From a virus, in IMG/VR virus record IMGVR_UViG_3300047333_000104, positions 3,649 through 67,648 of that record: DNA of 64,000 bases; one strand, 5' to 3'. Position 1 is the stretch's first letter. Each line of letters opens with the position of its first letter. Both the position numbers and the translations under genes were made by a program. Below, one piece after another: positions 33,501 to 41,996 of this stretch. The notes under the pieces were generated by a model. The model had not been told where the DNA came from and did not search any database. It saw nothing but the letters and a program-made list of their open reading frames with translations.

Positions 33501-35186
33501 ATGGCTGACCCCACCATACAAGATCCAGTTACTGACCTCAACGCTCCGCGGACCTGTCGGACGTGCGGAGAGACAAAGACCTATGCTGACTTCAGCAAGG
33601 ACAGCACTACGGCAGATAAGATCGCGTGGCACTGCAAAGCGTGCCAAAAAGCTAAGAACGCCGCGAGCTATGCCCGTAACGCGGATAAGCGGAGGGCGTA
33701 CGCCAACAAGCGGGCACTCGCTACGAAACCCGAGAAGGCGGCATACAACGCGGCGTACCGCGCTAAAAACCGCTCCGCGCTCGTCGAGTATGCGAAAGAG
33801 TGGCGCAAGACGCATAAGGTGGTTCGGTCGGAAGAGGCGAAGGCCCGACATCGGGAGCGCTCAAAGGAGCGGTACGCCAGCGACCCCGTCTATCGTCAGA
33901 GGATTCAAGAGCAGGCTAAGAGGTTCCGTCAAGGGAACCCCGAGAAAGTCAAAGCGTGGTTTAACGCTTGGCTCGCCAAAAACCGCAATCACATGCTGGA
34001 GTACCGCAGGGAATACCACCGCCGCACCTCGGAGGCCATGACGCAGGAAGAGAGACAGGAGCGCTGGCGGAAAAGCCGAGAAAGGAATTTCCTTCAACGG
34101 TCATTGGCGCAAGCGGCCCGTCGCTCTGAGCGCGCAGAGGTCCCCGGCGTGACGACAAACGCCGAACTCTTTTGGGTTCATAAGTGGCAGGACAACCGGT
34201 GCCTCTTTTGCTCTCGGGAGTTGCCGGAAGACCGACGCGGGAAACCGGTGGAACACATCATTCCGATCAAGCGCTTCGGGACTAACCACCCCTACAACGT
34301 CGTCCGCACTTGCGCGAACTGTAATTTTTCTCGGCAGGAAAAGATCTATAGCGTCGAGTGGAATCCTAAAGAACAATTGCCCGCGGATCGTTTCCATTCA
34401 GCCTATTGCACCGCGCAGCTTCGGAAAGCGCTTTCGGAAGCTGACGTTTCCTTTGAGAATAACGGCACCCATCTCTCGGTTGCAGGTCGGCCGGTCTTTA
34501 TCCTCTCCACCTTTTGGATGAGCAGTCGAACTGCACCGATCGAGACTCTCGAGACGTTGCGGGCGAAGCACCCCACCGCCGTGTTCTTCTTTGACCACGA
34601 GTGGCGGGCGCGGCCCGACTCCCTCAAATCCGTGGTCTTAGCTAAAGCGGGGTTGTCTCCGAGCTATGGCGCACGGCAGACGGAGGTCGAGGTCCCTTCG
34701 ATTGAGGAGGCGCGGGTTTTCCTGGATCAGTGGCACACGCAGGGGTTTGCCGGCGGTTCTTGGACGATCGGTTTGAAACACGCTGGTGAGTGGCAAGCGA
34801 TGGCGGTGTTTCAGGACACTAAGAAGGGTTATGACCTCGCGCGCATGGCGTTTCGCGGGCACGTCTCGGGCGGCATGAGCAAACTCATTCAGGCGTTTCT
34901 AAAGGTTGCCCCCGAGAAGAAGGACATTACCAGCTTTTGCGATCTTCGTTTCGGTGCGGGGTCTGGGTACGAGGCGACGGGGTTTCGATCGACTGGGGAT
35001 AGCCTGCCAGTCACTGCCTATGCGAACGTTCGCGAACTTTTTCATTGGTGGGTCGCCAAGAAGCAAAACCTTACGCGGTGGGACTACTACAACGAGAATT
35101 TGTCAGACGTGGAGAACCTTCGCGCGAACGGTGTTTTTAGGCTAACCTTGCTTCCTCGGAAAAAGTTCATCCTGACGGCTAAATAG
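33501..35186 (+). CDS. Free-standing homing endonuclease: HNH + Hef-like C-terminal domain
   Basis: N-terminal CRTC/CKAC finger; CLFC...VEHIIP..R.G.N...N.V.TC..CN; C-terminal YGAR....A..FL...H.QG...GL......YDL.R....V.GG.SKL...I.SFCDLR...G.GY...GF. Confidence 0.8.
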   Translation: MADPTIQDPVTDLNAPRTCRTCGETKTYADFSKDSTTADKIAWHCKACQKAKNAASYARNADKRRAYANKRALATKPEKAAYNAAYRAKNRSALVEYAKEWRKTHKVVRSEEAKARHRERSKERYASDPVYRQRIQEQAKRFRQGNPEKVKAWFNAWLAKNRNHMLEYRREYHRRTSEAMTQEERQERWRKSRERNFLQRSLAQAARRSERAEVPGVTTNAELFWVHKWQDNRCLFCSRELPEDRRGKPVEHIIPIKRFGTNHPYNVVRTCANCNFSRQEKIYSVEWNPKEQLPADRFHSAYCTAQLRKALSEADVSFENNGTHLSVAGRPVFILSTFWMSSRTAPIETLETLRAKHPTAVFFFDHEWRARPDSLKSVVLAKAGLSPSYGARQTEVEVPSIEEARVFLDQWHTQGFAGGSWTIGLKHAGEWQAMAVFQDTKKGYDLARMAFRGHVSGGMSKLIQAFLKVAPEKKDITSFCDLRFGAGSGYEATGFRSTGDSLPVTAYANVRELFHWWVAKKQNLTRWDYYNENLSDVENLRANGVFRLTLLPRKKFILTAK

Positions 35187-35199
35187 GAGTCTCACCCCA

Positions 35200-35310
35200 A
35201 TGCTCTACGCTATCCTCGTACCCTCTGTCCTCTACCTTCTCTGGCTTGGCTTCGAGCATCTTCGCGGTGCCTTACGCCCCCCGCCACCCCGTAAGCACCG
35301 CCCGTTCTAG
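35200..35310 (+). CDS. 36-aa single-TM peptide
   Basis: TAGGAG RBS; MLYAILVPSVLYLLWLGF. Confidence 0.55.
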   Translation: MLYAILVPSVLYLLWLGFEHLRGALRPPPPRKHRPF

Positions 35311-35368
35311 CCTTGTGCCTGCAATCGCGATATGCTGCCCGGTGCTCCCACAGTCAAGGAACAGCCTC

Positions 35369-35794
35369 ATGCGCTTCTTCGCTCTCCTCCGCCCGAACTG
35401 CCGCGTCGATAAAGCGTGGCGCGCAGCGCACCGTAACGGCGGCCAGATCGCGGGCGTTCAGTTCTCGGTGATCCCCGGCGCAGTCGTGAATGCGCTCGAC
35501 GCGTCGAGGGGGACGTACCGGACGGGCGAGCTGGACGGCGATCAGGTCGCGGCGCTGCAGGGCAATCTCAGCGTCGTGATCGAAGTCACGGGGCAGGAGC
35601 TTCCGGCGAGCGTTGAGGTGCTATCGGGCGATGCGAAGCCTGCGCCCACGCCCGTCCCGACGGAGCCCCCTGTCGTCACCCCGCCGCCCGCTCCTGCTCC
35701 CACCTTGGCCTCGAAACCAACCGTCACGACCCTCTCCAGCGCCAAGCCGTCGACCATTCTCAGCAGCGGCGGCAACCCCAAGAAGGGGCGCTAA
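35369..35794 (+). CDS. Hypothetical protein with Pro/Thr-rich tail (possibly virion-associated)
   Basis: AAGGA RBS; position after MCP. Confidence 0.65.
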   Translation: MRFFALLRPNCRVDKAWRAAHRNGGQIAGVQFSVIPGAVVNALDASRGTYRTGELDGDQVAALQGNLSVVIEVTGQELPASVEVLSGDAKPAPTPVPTEPPVVTPPPAPAPTLASKPTVTTLSSAKPSTILSSGGNPKKGR

Positions 35795-35797
35795 ATC

Positions 35798-36337
35798 GTG
35801 CCGGTCAGCGTCGCCGAGCGTGACGGGAAGTTCCGGATCGTCGGCCCCGACGGTAAGATTGAGGTGACGCCCGAGGGTCACGCCCGCGACGGCGGTGGTC
35901 ACGCCACGCACGAGGAGGCGGCGCGGCAGCAACGAGCGATCAATATGCACCTGGCCGAGAAAGCGCGGAAAGCCGTGCTCGACGTCGCCACCACATTAAA
36001 GGGGTCGAAGCGCATGAATGGATGGATCGGTGTTGACCTGGACGGAACGCTGGCGATTTATGACGGTTGGAGAGGGCCGGGGCATATCGGGGAACCGATC
36101 CCCCTAATGCTTGACCGCGTCAGAGAGTGGCTTGCGGCGGGTCAGGAAGTGCGGATCGTCACGGCGCGGGCGTCCATCAAGGAGCAGATCCCGCCGATCG
36201 AGCGCTGGCTGGAGGAGCACGGGATCGGCGGCCTCAAAGTCACGAATGAGAAAGATTTTGGCATGCACGAACTTTGGGACGATCGAGCGGTTCAAGTGAT
36301 CCCGAACACCGGACGTCGCGCCGACGGTGGTAAATAA
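35798..36337 (+). CDS. HAD-family phosphatase (PNKP-like) with N-terminal extra domain
   Basis: WIGVDLDGTLA, GEPIP.M, VRIVTAR, T..KD......DDRA; possible internal start at 36014. Confidence 0.8.
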   Translation: MPVSVAERDGKFRIVGPDGKIEVTPEGHARDGGGHATHEEAARQQRAINMHLAEKARKAVLDVATTLKGSKRMNGWIGVDLDGTLAIYDGWRGPGHIGEPIPLMLDRVREWLAAGQEVRIVTARASIKEQIPPIERWLEEHGIGGLKVTNEKDFGMHELWDDRAVQVIPNTGRRADGGK

Positions 36338-37344
36338 TGGCCCTCAACCCCGGTGGCGCCGCACCCCCGACAGTCCCGGACACAGCACTGTGGCTGTGGG
36401 ATACGAGCGGCCAGACGCCTGTCGTCAGCGGCTATCCGATTGGTAACGGCGTCTACGCGCCGACTAAGACGGGGCTGACGCCGCAGGATCTCCAGAACTT
36501 CGTCGGGGTGCCGCTCCAATACTACGGGAACCCGCCGGTTGCGGTCGCTTCGGGGGATATCCAGAATTGGATCAGGTACGCGGAGGATATGGTCGAGCAG
36601 GAGACATCGATCTTGCTGTGCCAGACATGGGTGGCGAGTCCGCCAGCGTTGTCTCCCGCTGACGTGCAGGCACAGGGGCTGATCGTCAATACGAACTCGG
36701 GGATACAGGAACTCGGTTTTGATTACGATTTGGAAGATTTTGGGTACGATTTCGTTTTTAATAGAGCACAGGATGAAGGTTGGAGCGCCCAAGTCCTTCG
36801 GTACCATCCTTTAAAATCGACCGCCTATAACACGGCAAGTGGCGCAGCAACCATGGGAACTACCGCAATAAAGAACTGGTGTTTTATCTATCCTTTGCTT
36901 AACACGTTTTTTCGAGTTCCACCGTCTTGGATAATTGAAGATCGCGATTTTTCATACTGCAGGCTGGTCCCGAGCACCAACGTGCAAATGCTTCCGTTGT
37001 TCGCTATGCAACTTGCCTTTATGGGATTCGCAGAATCGGTCCCAGGGTGCCACCATATCCAATACACTGCGGGTTTGACTCAAGTAGACTATCAAACTCG
37101 ATTTAGCTTCATGAAAGAGCTAGTGCTGGCGACGGCTTCGATTACTGCGTTGTCTTCCATTCAAGGAACTATTAATTTGGGTGCAGAGGGAGTAAACACG
37201 ATCGTTGACGGGCTACAAGTACAGTTTAAATATCCCTCCGCGGGTCCATTTGCGGGGCTGATTTCGCAACTTACCAAACGACGAGAACTCCTCCTAAAAA
37301 CTGCCAGAACCAAGGTGTCCGGGCCTATGATGAACACTCTGTAA
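36337..37344 (+). CDS. Head-tail adaptor (neck 1)
   Basis: I..WI..AE..VEQET.I.L, YTAG, ELV...A.I..L; TAATG overlap; position. Confidence 0.7.
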   Translation: MALNPGGAAPPTVPDTALWLWDTSGQTPVVSGYPIGNGVYAPTKTGLTPQDLQNFVGVPLQYYGNPPVAVASGDIQNWIRYAEDMVEQETSILLCQTWVASPPALSPADVQAQGLIVNTNSGIQELGFDYDLEDFGYDFVFNRAQDEGWSAQVLRYHPLKSTAYNTASGAATMGTTAIKNWCFIYPLLNTFFRVPPSWIIEDRDFSYCRLVPSTNVQMLPLFAMQLAFMGFAESVPGCHHIQYTAGLTQVDYQTRFSFMKELVLATASITALSSIQGTINLGAEGVNTIVDGLQVQFKYPSAGPFAGLISQLTKRRELLLKTARTKVSGPMMNTL

Positions 37345-38227
37345 GAGTTTTCTTCTTTCGGTTCAACGCGCCTTGTCGAATTCGCTCTACTTGCTCCGGT
37401 GTTCTCTTTCTCCCGATATTACAGACACGGAGAATCGCGGCATGCTCGGGGCTACGCGGCTGCCGGCTATAGAGACGGGGAACACCTTTTTGCTTTGCCG
37501 CAATCTTTTGTTTAGCTTCTTCGGTATGGTGCGATCCGCGCCAGGAGTCATGGAGTGCTTTCGCACGTTCTTCCCCGATCGGGCGCCCGGTGAGCTTCTG
37601 GCGCACGATCTCAAGGCAAGGGCGCCCCGTTAAGGCAACGCTGATCTTGGCGCGGTGCTCGGCGCTTTTTGGGACGCCTTTCTGCCAAGCGGATCTTTTA
37701 GCGCGTTCTTCGTCCGTTACTGTTCGTGCGCGAGCCGCTTCGAGCATTTTCTTCGCCCACGCAATCCGTTCGTCTAGCGGGACGCGGAGTCGAGCTTCTG
37801 AAAGCGCCGCCCGCCACTCAAGTGAAAGTTTTCGGCCTTTGCGCGCTGCCGATTGGCGTTGGCGCAATTCGAGTGGCGCTTTGAACCCGCTGATCCCTTC
37901 TCCGCCATCCGTCCCGTTCGTGAGCGGCCCGTTCGGGTAGCGCCCATACATCGCGATGTACGCTTTTTCAAGAGCGCAAGCATCTGCGTCAGAAATTCCT
38001 TCGATGAATTTCTTTTTGGGGAGGTGCCCGAGTTCCGCAACCACTAAATTTATGATGCGGTTCTTGTGGGGGTTTCCCGAGGCTCTCCGGGCTAGGCGCT
38101 CGTGCTTCTTCCAGCGGCCGCCGTACCCTTTGCCGACGTAAAAGATTTGAGTGCAGGCGGCATCCCGATAGAGGCCGTACACGTAATGGACTTTCGGTTC
38201 TTCGACGGGTAAGGTCACTTCAGCCAT
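37325..38227 (-). CDS. GIY-YIG homing endonuclease with NUMOD3-like repeats
   Basis: YVYGL...FYVGKG.G.R...H, E..A..LE...I...G.....LTN.TDGG.G; SAEHRAKIS, HTEEAK.KI repeats. Confidence 0.9.
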   Translation of the reverse strand: MAEVTLPVEEPKVHYVYGLYRDAACTQIFYVGKGYGGRWKKHERLARRASGNPHKNRIINLVVAELGHLPKKKFIEGISDADACALEKAYIAMYGRYPNGPLTNGTDGGEGISGFKAPLELRQRQSAARKGRKLSLEWRAALSEARLRVPLDERIAWAKKMLEAARARTVTDEERAKRSAWQKGVPKSAEHRAKISVALTGRPCLEIVRQKLTGRPIGEERAKALHDSWRGSHHTEEAKQKIAAKQKGVPRLYSRQPRSPEHAAILRVCNIGRKRTPEQVERIRQGALNRKKKTLTECSS

Positions 38228-38229
38228 TT

Positions 38230-38446
38230 CGAGACTGTCCTTCTCGTTAGCGGTCAGGGGCGGCGAGGTGTTGACGCATCTCGTCGTTCCGTCATCCCAT
38301 CAACCGTATTGCGCCGACACAAGAGCCCGTCTCCGCGAGTAGACAGGCGCTCCGCCCTGCGGTAATCTAAGATCTCGCGTCCCGCTGATTGACTCCCAGC
38401 GGTTGATGCTTGAGGCGGTCGAGTGCCCGCAACACTCGACCGCCTC
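38230..38446. other. Multi-hairpin intergenic region upstream of GIY-YIG gene
   Basis: Stems 38230-46, 38261-86, 38298-306/38400-08 and perfect 14-bp stem 38412-25/38433-46. Confidence 0.6.
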
Positions 38447-38480
38447 GCCCACTTCCCGCCGATAGAAGGATCGACGCCAG

Positions 38481-39263
38481 ATGACCGGTCCCCCGCAGCC
38501 CACGACCTACCTTCCGGCGCTGCAGAGCATGAACCCGTACATGCTTCCGCCGGCTGCTTTCGAAAACCTGATCAGCGCATACGGCATCCGCATCTCGTGG
38601 TGCCGCGCCCACGCGTGCCCCTGTGTCTACGGCGGACCCATCCCCGGTTCTCCCGATACGCAATGCCAAACCTGTGGCGGCCGCGGCGTCTATTGGGACC
38701 AACCGCTCGGCCCGTTCCAGGGCTTGATCACGCTCGTTCACCGCGGTCCGACGCCAGACGAGCCCGGCTCGATCGTCGACGAGAACCAGGGCCTGGTGGT
38801 CAATGGCGAGCCGACCTTGACGATCCCCCACAATGGGCCGTTCGCTGGCCAGAATACGATCTGGGCCGAGGCGGGGATTAACGACCTATTCATCGAGATC
38901 GACGCGGTCTCGCGGTTCAACGCGCAGCTCCAGGTCGGTGTGCGGACACAGGTGCCGTATCAGTCGAATTTGACGATCGCACCGAGCGGAGCCGTCCAGG
39001 TCTATGATGCTGTCAATCACGTGGTAGTAACGGGGGTCAGCTATACGGTAAGCGGGGCATCCGTTATTGTCTCGGGATACCCGACCGGCACCAATTTTAT
39101 TTGCGACTTCACCGCCGCGCCTTGTTACGTCGGTTACCGAGTCGCCGGCATGCCGGCGCACGTTCGGCCGTTCGGGCAGTTGACTTTGCCACGCCGGTTC
39201 CGTCTGCAAACCCTCGACCTGTGGACGCGCGCGACGGGGAATGGGAACGTGCCGCACGTTTGA
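38481..39263 (+). CDS. Head closure/stopper (neck 2)
   Basis: W.RA..CPC......D..C..CGGRG..W; SPO1/Twort-like position. Confidence 0.7.
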   Translation: MTGPPQPTTYLPALQSMNPYMLPPAAFENLISAYGIRISWCRAHACPCVYGGPIPGSPDTQCQTCGGRGVYWDQPLGPFQGLITLVHRGPTPDEPGSIVDENQGLVVNGEPTLTIPHNGPFAGQNTIWAEAGINDLFIEIDAVSRFNAQLQVGVRTQVPYQSNLTIAPSGAVQVYDAVNHVVVTGVSYTVSGASVIVSGYPTGTNFICDFTAAPCYVGYRVAGMPAHVRPFGQLTLPRRFRLQTLDLWTRATGNGNVPHV

Positions 39264-39269
39264 TCTCCG

Positions 39270-39298
39270 TTGACGGCCGTCGTGGAACGTAATACGTT
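39270..39298 (+). promoter_or_regulatory. Class II promoter TTGACG-17-TACGTT with AACGTAATACGTT palindrome
   Basis: Same layout as 9991-10019. Confidence 0.75.
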
Positions 39299-39329
39299 TG
39301 CGGGATTGAGGGAGATAGGAGTCAACATC

Positions 39330-39803
39330 ATGAATGAAGAAGCGGAGTTTTGGCGTTGCGCAGCCTTACAGTATGAAAGATCAATTGGCGAAGCGCTATT
39401 TCATTTAAAGGGCGATAGGCCGCTGCATGCGGCAGAAGTGCTGAAAGATCGGAAGATGATCGAAGCGGCGCTGATTAGGGCAGACGCGGGGCAGGATCTT
39501 ATTGAGAGGGCTAAATCCCTTGCTGAAAATATAAGTCCGGACTATCTAGGCAGAAAATGGTTGGAGTGCGTATCGCCTTTCGGGTACGGGGACCCGGAAT
39601 ATTCGGCCAAGCTCCTCGTGTTAGAGGGATCTCCCCTCCGGTCGTTTATTCTCTACAAACCGGCGAACGCGGGGTTCGGCACTGGTCCTGACGAGGCCGT
39701 CATACTCTCGATGACTTTTGAGGTAGTCGGACGCGTAGGGCGACAAGTCCTGAGCCCGCAATCGACCGGCCTGAAAGTGTGGTCGGCGAGACGGAAAGCT
39801 TAG
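39330..39803 (+). CDS. Accessory (moron-like) hypothetical protein
   Basis: TAGGAGTCAACATC-ATG leader identical to the leader at 3781-3798; lower GC. Confidence 0.7.
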   Translation: MNEEAEFWRCAALQYERSIGEALFHLKGDRPLHAAEVLKDRKMIEAALIRADAGQDLIERAKSLAENISPDYLGRKWLECVSPFGYGDPEYSAKLLVLEGSPLRSFILYKPANAGFGTGPDEAVILSMTFEVVGRVGRQVLSPQSTGLKVWSARRKA

Positions 39804-39806
39804 TCA

Positions 39807-39980
39807 ATGGGAGACATTGAAATCGTGCTAGCCCCCGACGTGTCGAGAGAGGACTTCCGAGAGTGGGTAACTCAGTTCCTGACGTGGGCCTCTAGTGACG
39901 AGAGGGTCCCGCCCGATCTGAGGGGATACTGCGCGCAGGCAGTCAGTAAGCGAATGGCGGAGGAGGGGCGTCTCAACTAG
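39807..39980 (+). CDS. Small hypothetical protein (57 aa)
   Basis: ATG just after upstream stop. Confidence 0.55.
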   Translation: MGDIEIVLAPDVSREDFREWVTQFLTWASSDERVPPDLRGYCAQAVSKRMAEEGRLN

Positions 39981-40058
39981 CGTAAATCGGTTGAGAGAGG
40001 TATCGTAGCTTCACCGACGCGGAATTGGCCGCGTTGAATCTTGCGCGGAGTCAATCCA

Positions 40059-40286
40059 GTGGCAGACCCCCTCCTGGCGCGGTTCACGGCGTTTTCCCGC
40101 TCCGAGAAGTATCAGGTTCGAAAAAGCCTAGCTGTGCTTCGTGAGATCATGGATTGCGCTGACGCTAAAACCGAAACGCGCTTGCACGCCGCCGAGTCCC
40201 TTTTGCCACGGGCACATCCCGATTCCGCTCACCACAAGGCGGCGGTGGCGTTTATCGCAACGGTGAAAGCGAGGTATGATGCCTAA
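40059..40286 (+). CDS. Small helical protein resembling the TerS core
   Basis: GGAGTCAA RBS; L..I....DAK...RL.AA..LL.R shared with 5260..5718. Confidence 0.6.
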   Translation: MADPLLARFTAFSRSEKYQVRKSLAVLREIMDCADAKTETRLHAAESLLPRAHPDSAHHKAAVAFIATVKARYDA

Positions 40287-40866
40287 CACCGTCTACACCG
40301 TCCACACGAACCTCGACCCGCAGGCTTTGAGTGCAGTCGGTCTCGAGGTTTTCCGCATGTGGATCGCCTTCGCCGCCGGCCAGGAAACCCTCAACGGCTT
40401 CCGCATCGAAAACCCGACCGGCCGTTACGCGGCGAGCATCGAGTACAAGCAGGTCGGCGAGGCCCAGGTCAGCATCGTGCAGCACGAGGACGTCGCCCCC
40501 GAAGGTGCCTTCCTCGAAGAGGGCACGAAGGAGATCGACATGCTCGCGGCAGGCTCCCCGTGGGTGGGACGCCGCATCCCGATGCACCGTGGACGACCAG
40601 GGCAGTTCGGCAGCCAAGGCAACTCGGTCCCGAAGAACTCTCCGGGCACGATCAAGCAAGCGCGCAAAATGAAGCATATCTGGGTCGAGGCACGAGGCGA
40701 CAGCGGCAGCGTGCTGGTTCCCCGATCGCGCGCCGAGGTGCGGCCCGGAGCGCGGAACACGAGCGGCACCGGGCCTGCCTGGACGATCCCCGCTATGCCT
40801 GCGTACTCGCCGGCCGGAACGCTGGCGGATCTCGCGGCTCGCTACGCCGCGTTCGGGGGCGGGTGA
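40276..40866 (+). CDS. Neck/virion morphogenesis protein
   Basis: TGRYAASI, FLE.G....DM, W.IPA.P; position. Confidence 0.65.
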   Translation: MMPNTVYTVHTNLDPQALSAVGLEVFRMWIAFAAGQETLNGFRIENPTGRYAASIEYKQVGEAQVSIVQHEDVAPEGAFLEEGTKEIDMLAAGSPWVGRRIPMHRGRPGQFGSQGNSVPKNSPGTIKQARKMKHIWVEARGDSGSVLVPRSRAEVRPGARNTSGTGPAWTIPAMPAYSPAGTLADLAARYAAFGGG

Positions 40867-41717
40867 TGAGCAGCATCAAGAGCTTGCTCGTTCCGACCGG
40901 CGGGGCCATCTCGTTTAGTATCGTCTCAAGCGGTACGACGACTTTCTCCCGCGCCGTGTCGGGCGTCGGCGGCCTTGGCTCTTTCACGCAGCTTTACAGC
41001 GGCGGCCCAATCCAGACGTACGTCGATACCGGTGATATGCTTCCCGCGCCGCTCGATCCGACGCAGCTTTACGTCTACCAGATGGTCGACGCGAACGGTA
41101 CGCTGACCACGCCGCCGATCCAGCCCTATGTGGCTTTGAACCTCCAGCAAGAGCCGCTTCTCGCTCTATTGATACGGCTCCTGCAGGCAGGCGTCACGAA
41201 CCTCATCACTCCGACCGGCGTCCAGCCGTGCCAAGTGCTTCAGGCGATGCCTCTCGTCGGCTTCCCGCCTATGCCGTTCATGGTCGTCAATATGGACCTC
41301 ATGCAGCAGGCGGAAATCCCGATCGGCCAGTCGGCGGAAGCGGTCGACATGAACGGCAATTGGACGATGACGGGATTTGCTCGCCGTGTCTTTCGCATCT
41401 CCGTGCTTGCCCAGAATACGACGGACCGGGATTTCTACCGTGATGCCTCGATCGGGATTTTCGAGAGCATCATTAAATCGGTGCTGACCCCTCTTGGCCT
41501 GGACGTCCGCCACCGCTACCAAGCGGCCGCCGGCCAAGTCGCGAATGATAACATGGGCCAGAGCCCCGGCTTTTATTATGCCGACGTCATGTGTACGTTT
41601 GAGGGCACATTTAACATCCTGATCACGCCTCAGTATGGCTTGATGAACACGATCACCTTCACCGGTACGCAAGCCAGCGACGGCAAGACCGTTATCTCGA
41701 CTACCGCGACGGCATAA
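40866..41717 (+). CDS. Tail completion/terminator-like protein
   Basis: ATG overlapping TGA; R.SVLA.NT..RD....D; position before sheath. Confidence 0.6.
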   Translation: MSSIKSLLVPTGGAISFSIVSSGTTTFSRAVSGVGGLGSFTQLYSGGPIQTYVDTGDMLPAPLDPTQLYVYQMVDANGTLTTPPIQPYVALNLQQEPLLALLIRLLQAGVTNLITPTGVQPCQVLQAMPLVGFPPMPFMVVNMDLMQQAEIPIGQSAEAVDMNGNWTMTGFARRVFRISVLAQNTTDRDFYRDASIGIFESIIKSVLTPLGLDVRHRYQAAAGQVANDNMGQSPGFYYADVMCTFEGTFNILITPQYGLMNTITFTGTQASDGKTVISTTATA

Positions 41718-41791
41718 CGTAGCTACTAGCCGCTTTTCCGAGCGCTATGTTACTGTGGGCCGAAATCACACAAAGCAAGGGTTTCGTCGCT

Positions 41792-41983
41792 ATGGCCGCC
41801 AAATCTGACATCCCTTCCGAGCCTGACGACTTCCCCGTTCCGCTCGGGGTGTTCCTGAACACGTTGGTCGGAACACATGACGAGATCTGGATCAAGGCTA
41901 TGCAGATCGCTCACGGCGACAAGAAGCGCACAATGGCGGAATTCGCCGCGCTGCTCGCCACCCTTCGTTCGACTCCGGTGTAA
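41792..41983 (+). CDS. Small protein preceding sheath (63 aa)
   Basis: Position typical of SPO1/Twort-like modules. Confidence 0.6.
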   Translation: MAAKSDIPSEPDDFPVPLGVFLNTLVGTHDEIWIKAMQIAHGDKKRTMAEFAALLATLRSTPV

Positions 41984-41996
41984 GGGATAGGTTCCG

